IMG/VR virus record: IMGVR_UViG_3300044991_001407 | Span: 31,038-95,037 of that record | Reading direction: 5' to 3' (one strand) | DNA from: a virus | DNA length: 64,000 bases | Shown here: positions 38,914 to 47,930 of the stretch, one piece after another | Numbering within the stretch: the first letter of the stretch is position 1 | Layout of the letters: each line of letters opens with the position of its first letter | Notes under the pieces: generated by a model | Databases searched by the model: none | Told to the model about the DNA's origin: nothing | What the model saw: only the letters and a program-made list of their open reading frames with translations | Position numbers and translations under genes: made by a program

Positions 38914-39354
38914 ATGGCAACCAAGATAAGCACCGCCAAGGCGGTAGAGAAATACAACATTCAAGCGGGAAAAAATCAACACCGCCCAATCGCTACCCAA
39001 GCGGTAGAGACAGTGAAGGGAAAATCCAAGGTTCACAAATTGGAAGCGTTTTGGTCAATGATTGACAACACCGCCAAGGCTACGAAAAAATGTCCACACC
39101 CAACACTACGAACCAACGGTGAAGCCCGTAGGCGTTGGTGTGCCGATAACAATATGCCCGTAGTGTTCGTGAACACCATTGCGGACAGGGTAGGTAGTCG
39201 CTGTGAAAATGTTGTCCGTGAGAAATTGGCGGTGTTAGCAATGATTAGCACCTACGCCGAAAAAATCGGATATGTTCGGGTATTGGACAGCAACACCGCC
39301 CAAGCCGAACCCAATCACCCAATGATCAATGCGGTGTACCTCTACAAGATGTAG
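38914..39354 (+). CDS. small basic protein, paralog of 40187..40606
   Basis: SD-like leader; shared MATK start and 'LAVLA...GY.R...LY.K/M' C-terminus; hairpin follows at 39358-39399. Confidence 0.8.
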   Translation: MATKISTAKAVEKYNIQAGKNQHRPIATQAVETVKGKSKVHKLEAFWSMIDNTAKATKKCPHPTLRTNGEARRRWCADNNMPVVFVNTIADRVGSRCENVVREKLAVLAMISTYAEKIGYVRVLDSNTAQAEPNHPMINAVYLYKM

Positions 39355-39476
39355 ACCGTTGGGGAGGGGAGAAATCCTCTCCCCAAAACCCCCTCCCAAC
39401 CATAGAGCCCCCATACAGTCTCTTTAGTGAATGATTACAGCACCTTTATAAACAACCAACAACAAGGAGAATACCA

Positions 39477-39677
39477 ATGAATACACAGACAAGACCAAAT
39501 ATCCGCATGAAGGGCATGCCCGTAGCGGTAGTACAGACAGGACATATCCTCACCATATGGGTCGCCAGCCCAACGGGTGATAGTTCAGACAGTCACTTAT
39601 TCACCATGCCATGTGTCAATGAGGCACAAGCCGAGACCATCATGCAGACATGGCTACAAGTATGGGGGCTCGTATGA
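39477..39677 (+). CDS. hypothetical protein
   Basis: Strong SD AAGGAG. Confidence 0.7.
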   Translation: MNTQTRPNIRMKGMPVAVVQTGHILTIWVASPTGDSSDSHLFTMPCVNEAQAETIMQTWLQVWGLV

Positions 39678-39814
39678 ATTGGTTCGGACTGTTCACCATG
39701 TTCCTCATGGTGACATCAGTAATCGTATGGTTCGCATACGAGGCAGGCTACAATAAAGCCATAAAAGATGTCACTATGTCCAAAACATGGTTAGACCTAA
39801 ACAATAGAAAATAA
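39674..39814 (+). CDS. small TM protein (46 aa, not in ORF track)
   Basis: MNWFGLFTMFLMVTSVIVWFAYEAGY...; ATGA coupling; hairpin follows at about 39829-39855. Confidence 0.6.
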   Translation: MNWFGLFTMFLMVTSVIVWFAYEAGYNKAIKDVTMSKTWLDLNNRK

Positions 39815-40186
39815 TCTCCATCCAAAAAGAACCCCCTGAGAAATCGGGGGGTTCTCTCCTTTACACCATGCCCACCATAGACGGTACACTCCGTATCTTT
39901 AGTGAATGTTTTTATGATGCTTTTACATGAGTGTAAGTTTACAAGAAAGGAACTTACATCCATGTAAGTTTTCAGGCGGGTGGAGCTGCACACGCAGGTA
40001 GCAGACGCACCCGCCGAGGCATACATGGTACATGTACCATTTTTAGTACATAAATGTAATCGCAATGTTGCTTTATCGCAACAACAGTGTTACCAATTCA
40101 CAACAACAGTGTTGTGTTTATGCAACAGTGCATACAAAAAAAATACGGGGCATCTCTGCCCCGTACCTTTTTGCTTTTTGTTTTGT

Positions 40187-40606
40187 TTACTTGCGATACA
40201 ACAAAACTTTGTAAGCGTCTGGGTTACTCTCATCACTTGCAAGTGTTGTACCATTTACGGCATATCGTGCATACCCAACATTTGCAAGCTTTGCATCAAA
40301 CTCTACAAGTGAGAGCATAATTGCAAGCACTGCCAACTCTGGGCGCATAACGCCTTTTTCATTTAGTTTTGACTTGCGAGCGCATACTTCATACTGCAAA
40401 ACACTTACGCCATGAGTGAGCGCATGCATGCGAGCATTGTCACCTAGTGGAAGTTTTGGCATGTCGTATGCCTTGTACATTGCAATTGCAAGTTCGGTAT
40501 GGTCTGCATACTGTCTTACCCTTGCTTTGCTTGCCTTTGTATTGTGCTTTGCCATCTTTGCAATGAGCGCACTAGCCCGTTGCTTTGGCGTTTGCTTTGT
40601 TGCCAT
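40187..40606 (-). CDS. small basic protein, paralog of 38914..39354
   Basis: Start MATKQ with GAAAGGCAAGGA leader; hairpin TACGGGGCA/TGCCCCGTA downstream. Confidence 0.8.
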   Translation of the reverse strand: MATKQTPKQRASALIAKMAKHNTKASKARVRQYADHTELAIAMYKAYDMPKLPLGDNARMHALTHGVSVLQYEVCARKSKLNEKGVMRPELAVLAIMLSLVEFDAKLANVGYARYAVNGTTLASDESNPDAYKVLLYRK

Positions 40607-41106
40607 GTCCTTGCCTTTCTGTAAGTGTGCCCCGTTTGGCACTGATGTAAGACTACACCCAATATGAGAAAACAACTCAAAAATAGCGTTACAATTTGAT
40701 GACAATTTAGTTACAAAATAACCTAAAGAATGTCACAAAACTTACACCAAACCCAAACCCAAAAACTCACCAGACGCATCAGGAGCCTCTTACAGCCGTG
40801 TAAGATTACACGAAGAAAACTTTATGAGGGGCTTCCAGGGAACCTTCTGGGTGGGCGTAAGGTGCTTCGCTAACAACCTTACGCCCATGTAAGTTTACAC
40901 CGTTGAGACTTTATGTTTAGTGTACATTTTGTATGTAAGTTTACAGCTATGTAACTTTATGAGAATGTATTTAGGGGATAACTTACACAAGGTCTGGAAT
41001 AGGGTCAAATTAGCCCGAAATCTAATGCTTGCAATTGGGTTGGGCATGGGGTAGGGTTGAGCGTAGCGAAACAAGTCGCACCTAAACGAAAGGCAAAACT
41101 TACACC

Positions 41107-41331
41107 ATGTCCTACCTAACCTGTAAGATTAGGAACCGCATAAATTACCGAGATGATCTACCGCATGAATATATGTTCATTGGTACAGATACAACCGAGA
41201 CACAACACGGGAAATATACGATCACTCAAATACACGCAACTTGTAAATATTGCGGGATACTGAACACCACGACACAAATTGAAGATAGCGAACATTCATA
41301 TTCATCAACTTTGGGCGAGACCCAAAACTAA
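41107..41331 (+). CDS. hypothetical protein with CxxC motif
   Basis: GAAAGGCAA leader; CKYC. Confidence 0.55.
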   Translation: MSYLTCKIRNRINYRDDLPHEYMFIGTDTTETQHGKYTITQIHATCKYCGILNTTTQIEDSEHSYSSTLGETQN

Positions 41332-41349
41332 CACGGGAGAAAACTTACA

Positions 41350-41613
41350 ATGAACACTTACGAAGTATCCTGGCAATTTGAGCAAGGCGATGCAGAATGG
41401 GCAGATAGTTATCTGTACTATGCCAATAGCGTTGAGGAACTAGGCAAAATTTTGCGCTCTATCAAAAATTCCAATTCAACATGGAATGGCAAGCACGATG
41501 AAGACGAACCTGACATGAGTGTAATTTTTGCACAAATTCTAGATGATGATCTAGATGACGCAGATGACCGAGACATTACAGATGAACTACCCGAAGATAT
41601 TCTTGCTGACTAA
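41350..41613 (+). CDS. very acidic small protein
   Basis: SD GGGAG; D/E-rich. Confidence 0.7.
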   Translation: MNTYEVSWQFEQGDAEWADSYLYYANSVEELGKILRSIKNSNSTWNGKHDEDEPDMSVIFAQILDDDLDDADDRDITDELPEDILAD

Positions 41614-41655
41614 AGTTACACAACCGCAAACTTACACGGAAAGGCAAATAGTGAT

Positions 41656-41865
41656 ATGAGAAAATATACCCCGCTTTTCAGAGAAGGTCAATGGAAGGAA
41701 ACCTTGAAAGAGAATTCATTTCTTATTTTCGTTATTATTCTTTGGATAAGTGCATTTGTTTCTGTGACTTTCCGAGAACCGAACACCAGTCGTTGTGAAA
41801 TCGCACCTAGTTACTGTGAAGATGTGTACGAAGAAGACTACTTTCATTACGAACCTAGAGGATAA
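41656..41865 (+). CDS. small TM protein
   Basis: GAAAGGCAA leader; one TM segment. Confidence 0.6.
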   Translation: MRKYTPLFREGQWKETLKENSFLIFVIILWISAFVSVTFREPNTSRCEIAPSYCEDVYEEDYFHYEPRG

Positions 41866-41897
41866 ACAATGAATTCTAAACTTACAGGAGTGTAATA

Positions 41898-41990
41898 ATG
41901 AACATACTAAAAATAATCTACGGTGTCCTTATTCTTTGGTCATGGATAATCTTGCCAGTAGCGTTAGCGTGGTATATGGAAAGAGAGTAA
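41898..41990 (+). CDS. 30-aa hydrophobic peptide (not in ORF track)
   Basis: SD AGGAG; MNILKIIYGVLILWSWIILPVALAWYMERE; terminator follows. Confidence 0.5.
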   Translation: MNILKIIYGVLILWSWIILPVALAWYMERE

Positions 41991-42010
41991 ACTTACAAGC
42001 AAGTAAGATA

Positions 42011-42040
42011 AGCCCCCGCCAAAAGCGGGGGTTTTTCTTT
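42011..42040 (+). terminator. intrinsic terminator
   Basis: GCCCCCGC-caaaa-GCGGGGGT followed by TTTTCTTT. Confidence 0.8.
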
Positions 42041-42468
42041 GCCTGTCTAAACTTACACAGCTGTAAGTTTACAGGCAGGTGTAACTTTTATGCCCTGCAA
42101 AAGTTACACCTGTGTAAGTTTGCACCGTTGTAAGTTAAGATTTAGTACATGGTTGTAAGTTAACTGAACATATCTTTATGATGTGAGAAAACTAACACTT
42201 GTGTAAGAGAACACGCATGTACTTTATGGAGCCCGCAAACTAACGCACCTGTAAGTTAAGGAATAGGTTGTGTAAGTTATCAAAAGTTGCTGTAAGTTTA
42301 GGGAAAAGGGTATCTGTAACCAGACTGTAACATTCCCTCTGATATATCTCATATGGGCATTGAGTTTCCCGACATTGTTACAAAATGATTACCTTGTGTT
42401 TGTGTTTGGGTTCCGATATTGTTTCTCTTATCAAGCAATAACGCTTGGTACTAACGAAAGGCAAGGAA

Positions 42469-42741
42469 ATGGAATTTGAAGTAATTGAAGAGTCAGCGAT
42501 GGAATTCGTTCCTCGTGGTCGTCAGAGTCTCGTTCCCCAGGAATTGGTGAACGCATTGCAGAAGTTGGGTAAGGGCAAGGCTCTTAAACTTACAGGCATG
42601 CAAGTTAACCCAACTGCCAAGACTTTCAAGACTGACAAGGCACGAATCAGTGCAACACTCCGCCAAGCCGCAAAACAGGCAAAGTGTGAGGTTCACATTC
42701 GCTGGAGCGTCAATGGCACTCCACAATTGGTAAAGAAGTAA
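42469..42741 (+). CDS. small basic PRGR-motif protein (putative DNA binder), paralog 1
   Basis: GAAAGGCAAGGA leader; 54/90 aa identical to 43229..43501 without gaps. Confidence 0.85.
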   Translation: MEFEVIEESAMEFVPRGRQSLVPQELVNALQKLGKGKALKLTGMQVNPTAKTFKTDKARISATLRQAAKQAKCEVHIRWSVNGTPQLVKK

Positions 42742-42789
42742 TTCACCCCCGAATTACTTCCGTGTAAGTTACACTTAACTTACACGCCT

Positions 42790-42827
42790 GTAAGGGAGCG
42801 GTAGCCTTCGGGCTACCGCTTTCTTAC
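42790..42827 (+). terminator. terminator hairpin
   Basis: AGCGGTAGCC-TTCG-GGCTACCGCT followed by TTCTT. Confidence 0.8.
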
Positions 42828-43228
42828 GCTCTAGTAAACTTACATGAGCGTAAACTTACACGGAGCTTGAGGGCGGGTGTAAGTTTAGTGCACTCCTAAA
42901 CTTACACCCGCTGTAAGATTACACATATGTAAGCTAAGTTTAGTATGTTTATGTAAGTTTACAGTCATGTACTTTATGTAATCCAAATACCAATGTAAGT
43001 TTACACCGAACACCTTTATGGGCAGCCCCGTGTAAGTTTTCTGAATTGGCTTGTAAGTTATCAAAACCTTGATAAAGGTTAGATATATCACTAAAACCCA
43101 TATGCAATAAGGGTTTTATCGGGGTTAGGTAGTATCAATGGGTTAGGGCTTGGACTAATCTGAGTGTTGTCAAAGCAATACCGCAATGACAACCGCTTAG
43201 GCGGTCTAAACTTACAGGAGAGGTAATT

Positions 43229-43501
43229 ATGGACTTTGAGTTCATTGACGAAGGGGATATGGATTTCGTACCCCGTGGGCGTAGGTCATCCGTACCTGCC
43301 GAACTGGTGACAGCCATTGCCAAATTGGGCAAGGGCAAAGCCATCCGCGTGTCATCCATGAAGGTGGATGTCACCAAGCCAACCGCAAAGACCGACAAGG
43401 CTCGGGTCTCGGCAACCATCCGCCAAGCAGGCGCACAAGCAAAGACTAAGGTCACGATTGCTTGGTCGCTTGACGGGACACCACAGGTACTGCGTAAGTA
43501 A
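43229..43501 (+). CDS. small basic PRGR-motif protein (putative DNA binder), paralog 2
   Basis: SD AGGAGAGG; paralog of 42469. Confidence 0.85.
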   Translation: MDFEFIDEGDMDFVPRGRRSSVPAELVTAIAKLGKGKAIRVSSMKVDVTKPTAKTDKARVSATIRQAGAQAKTKVTIAWSLDGTPQVLRK

Positions 43502-43524
43502 CCCCAAACTTACAGACCTGTAAG

Positions 43525-43556
43525 AGAAGCCCGCTGTTCGCAGCGGGCTTCTTTTA
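43525..43556 (+). terminator. terminator hairpin
   Basis: AGAAGCCCGCTG-TTCG-CAGCGGGCTTCT followed by TTT. Confidence 0.85.
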
Positions 43557-44265
43557 TCTTACCCTTGTGTAAGCTTACACACCAGTAAGTTATGGGCGGG
43601 TGTAATCTTACATTTTTGTAAGATTACACCCGTGTAAACTTACACCACTTCCTTATCTAATTGAGTATGTATTTTCTAATCCAAATCAGAACCTTTATCC
43701 TAATCCTATTTTCAATACTAACTTTATGGAAGCGTAAGGTTACAACCCTGTAAGATTACAGTCCTGTAAGCTTACACCGCTGGAGATAAATAAAAAGGTA
43801 AAGGCTTACCTATGCTTTTAGATAAACCTTTACCTTTATGAGGGGTCTTTTACCCAACTTATATTTTTGGGGATTACATCATTGTAATTTGTATCTAGTA
43901 CTAGAGTAGATACCTAACCTGTTGGTCACACCTAATCATTCCCCGATTTCAATTACAAATTCTTGGACATGATCTTTCACTAATATCCTTGTGATATATC
44001 ACACTAAAGTTTTGATGAGTATGTTCATTTAATTTTTGGGGAATATATACATTAATGTATTCAGAACCTTTATAGGGGGTCATATAGGGTCTCATTCTAT
44101 GTCGCATACAAAAATCCTAAGGAAATAGGGTATATTTCCCTTATTTTATATGGTTTTACTATAAAACACCTATGTATTTAATAGATTCTACACCTTTATT
44201 GAGCGCTTTTCACAACAATTTAGGTATACGGGTAGGTATACGGTATGCTATTCAAGGGCTAATCC

Positions 44266-44475
44266 CTATCTAATAGCTGTCCACCATTCATCTTCCTTAT
44301 CTTGATCTACTCCAGGTAATTGGTCTACCTTAGATTCAATCCTATTCAGACGATGAATGAGTTTCCTTTCTCTGAGGTAATCCTCTAGTATCTCTATCAT
44401 AGTAACCAATAGATATACCCCGCCAAATATCATGAAGTATGAGGCAACCATTTTTAGAAACAGATCCGTAGTCAT
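44266..44475 (-). CDS. small TM protein
   Basis: Start MTTDL; one TM; last gene of the leftward early block. Confidence 0.6.
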   Translation of the reverse strand: MTTDLFLKMVASYFMIFGGVYLLVTMIEILEDYLRERKLIHRLNRIESKVDQLPGVDQDKEDEWWTAIR

Positions 44476-44479
44476 ATCC

Positions 44480-44671
44480 TTATCCCTTCTCAATCGTAAA
44501 GTGAACACTATGCCCACCTGGGTTCTCATCCGTAGATACCATATGATCTATAACCTCATCCAGTTCCAATTCTGCATTACATTTCCTACAATAAACCAGA
44601 ACCTTTTCCCCAGCTTTTAAAACACTCAAAGGGAAGTTCCCATACAATTCCATAACACTATTGGCACTCAT
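44480..44671 (-). CDS. small CxxC protein
   Basis: CRKC; coupled to neighbours. Confidence 0.55.
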   Translation of the reverse strand: MSANSVMELYGNFPLSVLKAGEKVLVYCRKCNAELELDEVIDHMVSTDENPGGHSVHFTIEKG

Positions 44672-44828
44672 GCCCATACCCCATTTCATTCTCATCTAAT
44701 AACATTTCACACTCATCACAAATATCATAATAAAGCGTACCTGTTTCTATATCCTGAAGGGCTTTTACTCCCGCAATATTTATGCGAGCCATAGCCACTG
44801 CATCAGCTTTGTATTTAACCTTAGTCAT
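44658..44828 (-). CDS. small CxxC protein
   Basis: CDEC...GHEC. Confidence 0.55.
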   Translation of the reverse strand: MTKVKYKADAVAMARINIAGVKALQDIETGTLYYDICDECEMLLDENEMGYGHECQ

Positions 44829-44979
44829 TTTTTGCCACCTGGTCCTTTTCAATAATTAATTTCATTCGTTCCACTATTTTCTTAACTTCTGTATAATGCC
44901 ATACTGGTCTATCAACATAGCCTTCTTCTAATTTAGATAGTATCCTAATAACCCATTCCATCTCTTGGCTATTAATCAA
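44821..44979 (-). CDS. hypothetical protein
   Basis: Fills the gap between coupled genes; start uncertain. Confidence 0.4.
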   Translation of the reverse strand: MINSQEMEWVIRILSKLEEGYVDRPVWHYTEVKKIVERMKLIIEKDQVAKND

Positions 44980-45184
44980 GATAATCCTCTTTCCATTGCT
45001 GAACAAGAGCTTTGAGGTTATCAAGGATCTTATAGATTTCGCTAAAGTCAGGGTGATCTTTTATCACAACCCCGATCCTGGTATGTTCCATATCCTCAAT
45101 GAAACCTCTAACAGTTTCTACACCCTTCTCTAATTCTTCAAGGGTTAAATCCATAGCCATTGTCTTAGTTATTCCCTGTTCCAT
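44972..45184 (-). CDS. hypothetical protein
   Basis: ORF track; operon context. Confidence 0.6.
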   Translation of the reverse strand: MEQGITKTMAMDLTLEELEKGVETVRGFIEDMEHTRIGVVIKDHPDFSEIYKILDNLKALVQQWKEDYLD

Positions 45185-45381
45185 TTATACTCTTCTTTCC
45201 ATTGAGTTCCGTATTGATCATGCTTTTCAATTGCTCTTCTAACCACATGAATATGAAACTGAATGCCAGCAAACATGCCAACTCCTAATGCCAATATTGT
45301 CTTCAACTTAACTCCCTAGTAATAAAATCATAATAAAGATACCGATAATTCCTAACCCAATTCTAACCATTTCAAATGTCA

Positions 45382-45711
45382 TTAAAACTCCTCCTTTTTA
45401 AACCCCAATCCGTATGTATTATCGCATTCCATAATACGACTAAACCCATCTCTCATAACCTTAGCTTGATGCGAACCGCAGCAATAGTCTTGATTATACC
45501 TACTTAGTTTAGTCGCACAATTAACATAACAACAAATACCAGTATTTAGCTTTGAAACATCAAAACCAATTTCTGATAATTTCTTGATAACTCTGGTTTT
45601 TCTTGATTCATTTCTCTTACGATTTATCGCAAGACGAGCTTCAGGATCAACCTTCATCAAAGCTTTTTTCTTTTCGTATTTCACTTTCCTTGACTCTGGA
45701 CTATATGCCAT
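45382..45711 (-). CDS. basic Cys/His (possible Zn-finger) protein
   Basis: 'C.YVNC.TKLSRYN...CCGSH'. Confidence 0.65.
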   Translation of the reverse strand: MAYSPESRKVKYEKKKALMKVDPEARLAINRKRNESRKTRVIKKLSEIGFDVSKLNTGICCYVNCATKLSRYNQDYCCGSHQAKVMRDGFSRIMECDNTYGLGFKKEEF

Positions 45712-45770
45712 TTGTTCCCTTTTATATATGATAAAAATATTGTTGATATATTAGTTTTTCCTAATGATAA

Positions 45771-46319
45771 TTATAGCTCTACCTTAGGATACATTCCCAT
45801 CTCTTTTTCCCCTAGTTTTAGGTCATCTTTGAACCTGGTCAATGTCTGAACATAAGGTCTAGCTGACTCTAAACTCACTAATGATCTACCATCAAATTCA
45901 TCTAGAATTTCTTTCCTGACATAAACAAAATTCTCTTCCCAATTCTTAGGGTCAATCATATCGTGAATCCTTTGTAGGATAAGTAACATACCCAATGAGT
46001 TATCTGTAATCTCCCAATTTTCACAAGATGTTCTTACAGCATCAATCACACTTGGATTATCAATAGTTTGTGATTCTAAATGGTCATCATAAACATCATC
46101 ATCAATGATATGACCAACGGCACATTTAAGTGTGTCAATAATCGTACCTTGATCATCTCTTATAAAACCACGATAAACGCAATCTCCACTGCTATCCCAT
46201 GTTTCAGTTTCATAATCAAATACACTCTCTTGTGATTTCTCACCCTGTATCAAAAGGTTTGAAACAATATAATCCATCACTTGCATGTCATTTTCTAAAT
46301 CACTCAATTGCATAGTCAT
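45771..46319 (-). CDS. hypothetical protein, paralog of 48846
   Basis: 'C.YR...CAVG..I.D..Y...E...LQ.IHD'. Confidence 0.75.
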   Translation of the reverse strand: MTMQLSDLENDMQVMDYIVSNLLIQGEKSQESVFDYETETWDSSGDCVYRGFIRDDQGTIIDTLKCAVGHIIDDDVYDDHLESQTIDNPSVIDAVRTSCENWEITDNSLGMLLILQRIHDMIDPKNWEENFVYVRKEILDEFDGRSLVSLESARPYVQTLTRFKDDLKLGEKEMGMYPKVEL

Positions 46320-46412
46320 ATTAAAATGCCTCCATTTAGCTCTATTTGGCTCTATTTTCGTTTTTAAAGGTTAAACACCCCAGATATACCTACCTGGGGT
46401 GTTTAACAAAGA

Positions 46413-46610
46413 TTAAGCTTTTATATCGGATTGATACTCGGCGTGAATATATTTCCAATATTTATTCAATTCAGCAGTGGTAGCTTCAGATGAATCTATA
46501 CCGTTAGACACAGTATGCTGATAATTCAAAAGAATATCGGCATAATCATCATCACAACCTAAAGCATCTTTTACCATGCTTCTCCAGTAATGATTATATT
46601 TATGGATCAC
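46413..46610 (-). CDS. hypothetical protein
   Basis: GTGA coupling; hairpin downstream at 46371-46406. Confidence 0.65.
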   Translation of the reverse strand: MIHKYNHYWRSMVKDALGCDDDYADILLNYQHTVSNGIDSSEATTAELNKYWKYIHAEYQSDIKA

Positions 46611-47233
46611 GATACTACCGCTTCTTTCTTAATGTAATACGGTTCACCATCCATATCAGCTAAACAAATTTCTTCATTTAGAATTCTTGTTAATACATCT
46701 ATTGCTGTAAGGTAATCAATAGTCGTAAAATCAATCATAAGATCTGGGTTATCCCATTCCATACCATATTCATCAGCCTCTTCTAATGATCCATACTCTT
46801 CTACTCGCAAATCAGAATATTTATCTGACTCCATATACATCAACCATTTCCAAATAGAAGCACCATCACCATAATAAAGATTTCTACCCTCTTGATATGT
46901 GAAACCTAAAAATTCATTTGATGTGCTTTCAAAACCTTGAAGCTGAGCTGAATGATCATCAATTGTCAACCACTTAGGCGCTTTCCATTCATTTGCTATT
47001 GCTGTAGCAAATCCTGCAATACAACCCATTGATGTACAATTAAAGATATTTGTACCTTCTTCAATACGAAGAACTCTATTTACATTATATTTACTTGCCA
47101 ACTCACCATCTTCAAATATATATTCTTCATTTCTATCATCACTTAGCTTACCAATAAAGGCAGCCATATTAAATTTCTTTTGTCCATCAAACTTAATGGC
47201 ATCAATTACTCTTTGTAGATTTTGCTTATTCAT
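46607..47233 (-). CDS. hypothetical protein (CIAG motif)
   Basis: SD AAGGAG; 'FNM...CTSMGCIAGFA'. Confidence 0.75.
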   Translation of the reverse strand: MNKQNLQRVIDAIKFDGQKKFNMAAFIGKLSDDRNEEYIFEDGELASKYNVNRVLRIEEGTNIFNCTSMGCIAGFATAIANEWKAPKWLTIDDHSAQLQGFESTSNEFLGFTYQEGRNLYYGDGASIWKWLMYMESDKYSDLRVEEYGSLEEADEYGMEWDNPDLMIDFTTIDYLTAIDVLTRILNEEICLADMDGEPYYIKKEAVVS

Positions 47234-47368
47234 CTCATCTCCTTGTAGTTTCCGTTTGCTGTTTCTTTTAGGTTTGTATAAATAATAACTTGACCTTCAT
47301 TATCTTCATCAAAAGAACAATTAGGCAAAAGCTTTTCTAACTTATTGCGTAACTTATCTCCATTTATT

Positions 47369-47608
47369 TTATTCATTCTCAATCCATCCATCATACTCAG
47401 TTATAGTTTCTACTATCATGTTGTATATTAAACCCTGGTAATACTCAGTCATATCGTCAAACTCCATAACTACCTTTTCCCATGACTCATTAGTTACTTT
47501 TGCATCCATGTCTTCAAATAACTCTTTAGCCCACCATGCAATACAAATTTCTTCATCCTGGTCTAAATAATCATTTAGCATCTTGATTGCTTCTTTTACC
47601 GTTGTCAT
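47369..47608 (-). CDS. acidic hypothetical protein
   Basis: ORF track; operon context. Confidence 0.7.
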   Translation of the reverse strand: MTTVKEAIKMLNDYLDQDEEICIAWWAKELFEDMDAKVTNESWEKVVMEFDDMTEYYQGLIYNMIVETITEYDGWIENE

Positions 47609-47609
47609 A

Positions 47610-47930
47610 TCAGAATAGTAACGCTTCCTGTACTCTTAGGAAATCCAAAACCTGAAGCCATTTCTCATCACTGAGCGCACCCAAATCAAGGAGGTCTTTT
47701 TCCAACTTATCATTAAGCCCAAGATCTGCCAATTCTTTTACACAGGAGACAAACTCAGGTTTGTTTGTTTCAAAATGAGCAATCTTACCTGTAATAGGGT
47801 TTCTTACATAAACAAATTGCGCACCCTTACAAGGAATCAATAGGCTATAATTTCCGTTAATAGCTCCTTGAATCAATTGCTCTTGTTCTGTCTTTTTGTC
47901 TAGCTTTACTGCAGCCTTTTTAGTTGCCAT
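47610..47930 (-). CDS. hypothetical protein
   Basis: SD GGAG. Confidence 0.7.
   Translation of the reverse strand: MATKKAAVKLDKKTEQEQLIQGAINGNYSLLIPCKGAQFVYVRNPITGKIAHFETNKPEFVSCVKELADLGLNDKLEKDLLDLGALSDEKWLQVLDFLRVQEALLF

Larger units (their letters stand above)
39932..43776. repeat. clusters of palindromic TGTAAnnTTACA boxes, phased mostly at 16 bp
   Basis: Exact copies at 39932, 40799, 40888, 40934, 42062, 42912, 42952, 42994, 43568, 43601, 43617, 43633, 43749, 43765, plus many half or degenerate sites. Confidence 0.9.

Noticed and set aside
39748-40312. ORF-track ORFs 39748-, 39980+ and 40087+ (also 41936+ and 42885-)
   Set aside because: They run through terminators and box arrays, lack SD sequences, and their recurring 'NLH/CK' peptides are translations of the DNA motif
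39932-43776. CRISPR array interpretation of the TGTAAnnTTACA repeats
   Set aside because: Repeats are only 12 bp with ~4-bp spacers in irregular clusters; there is no 25-40-bp repeat/spacer alternation and no cas gene
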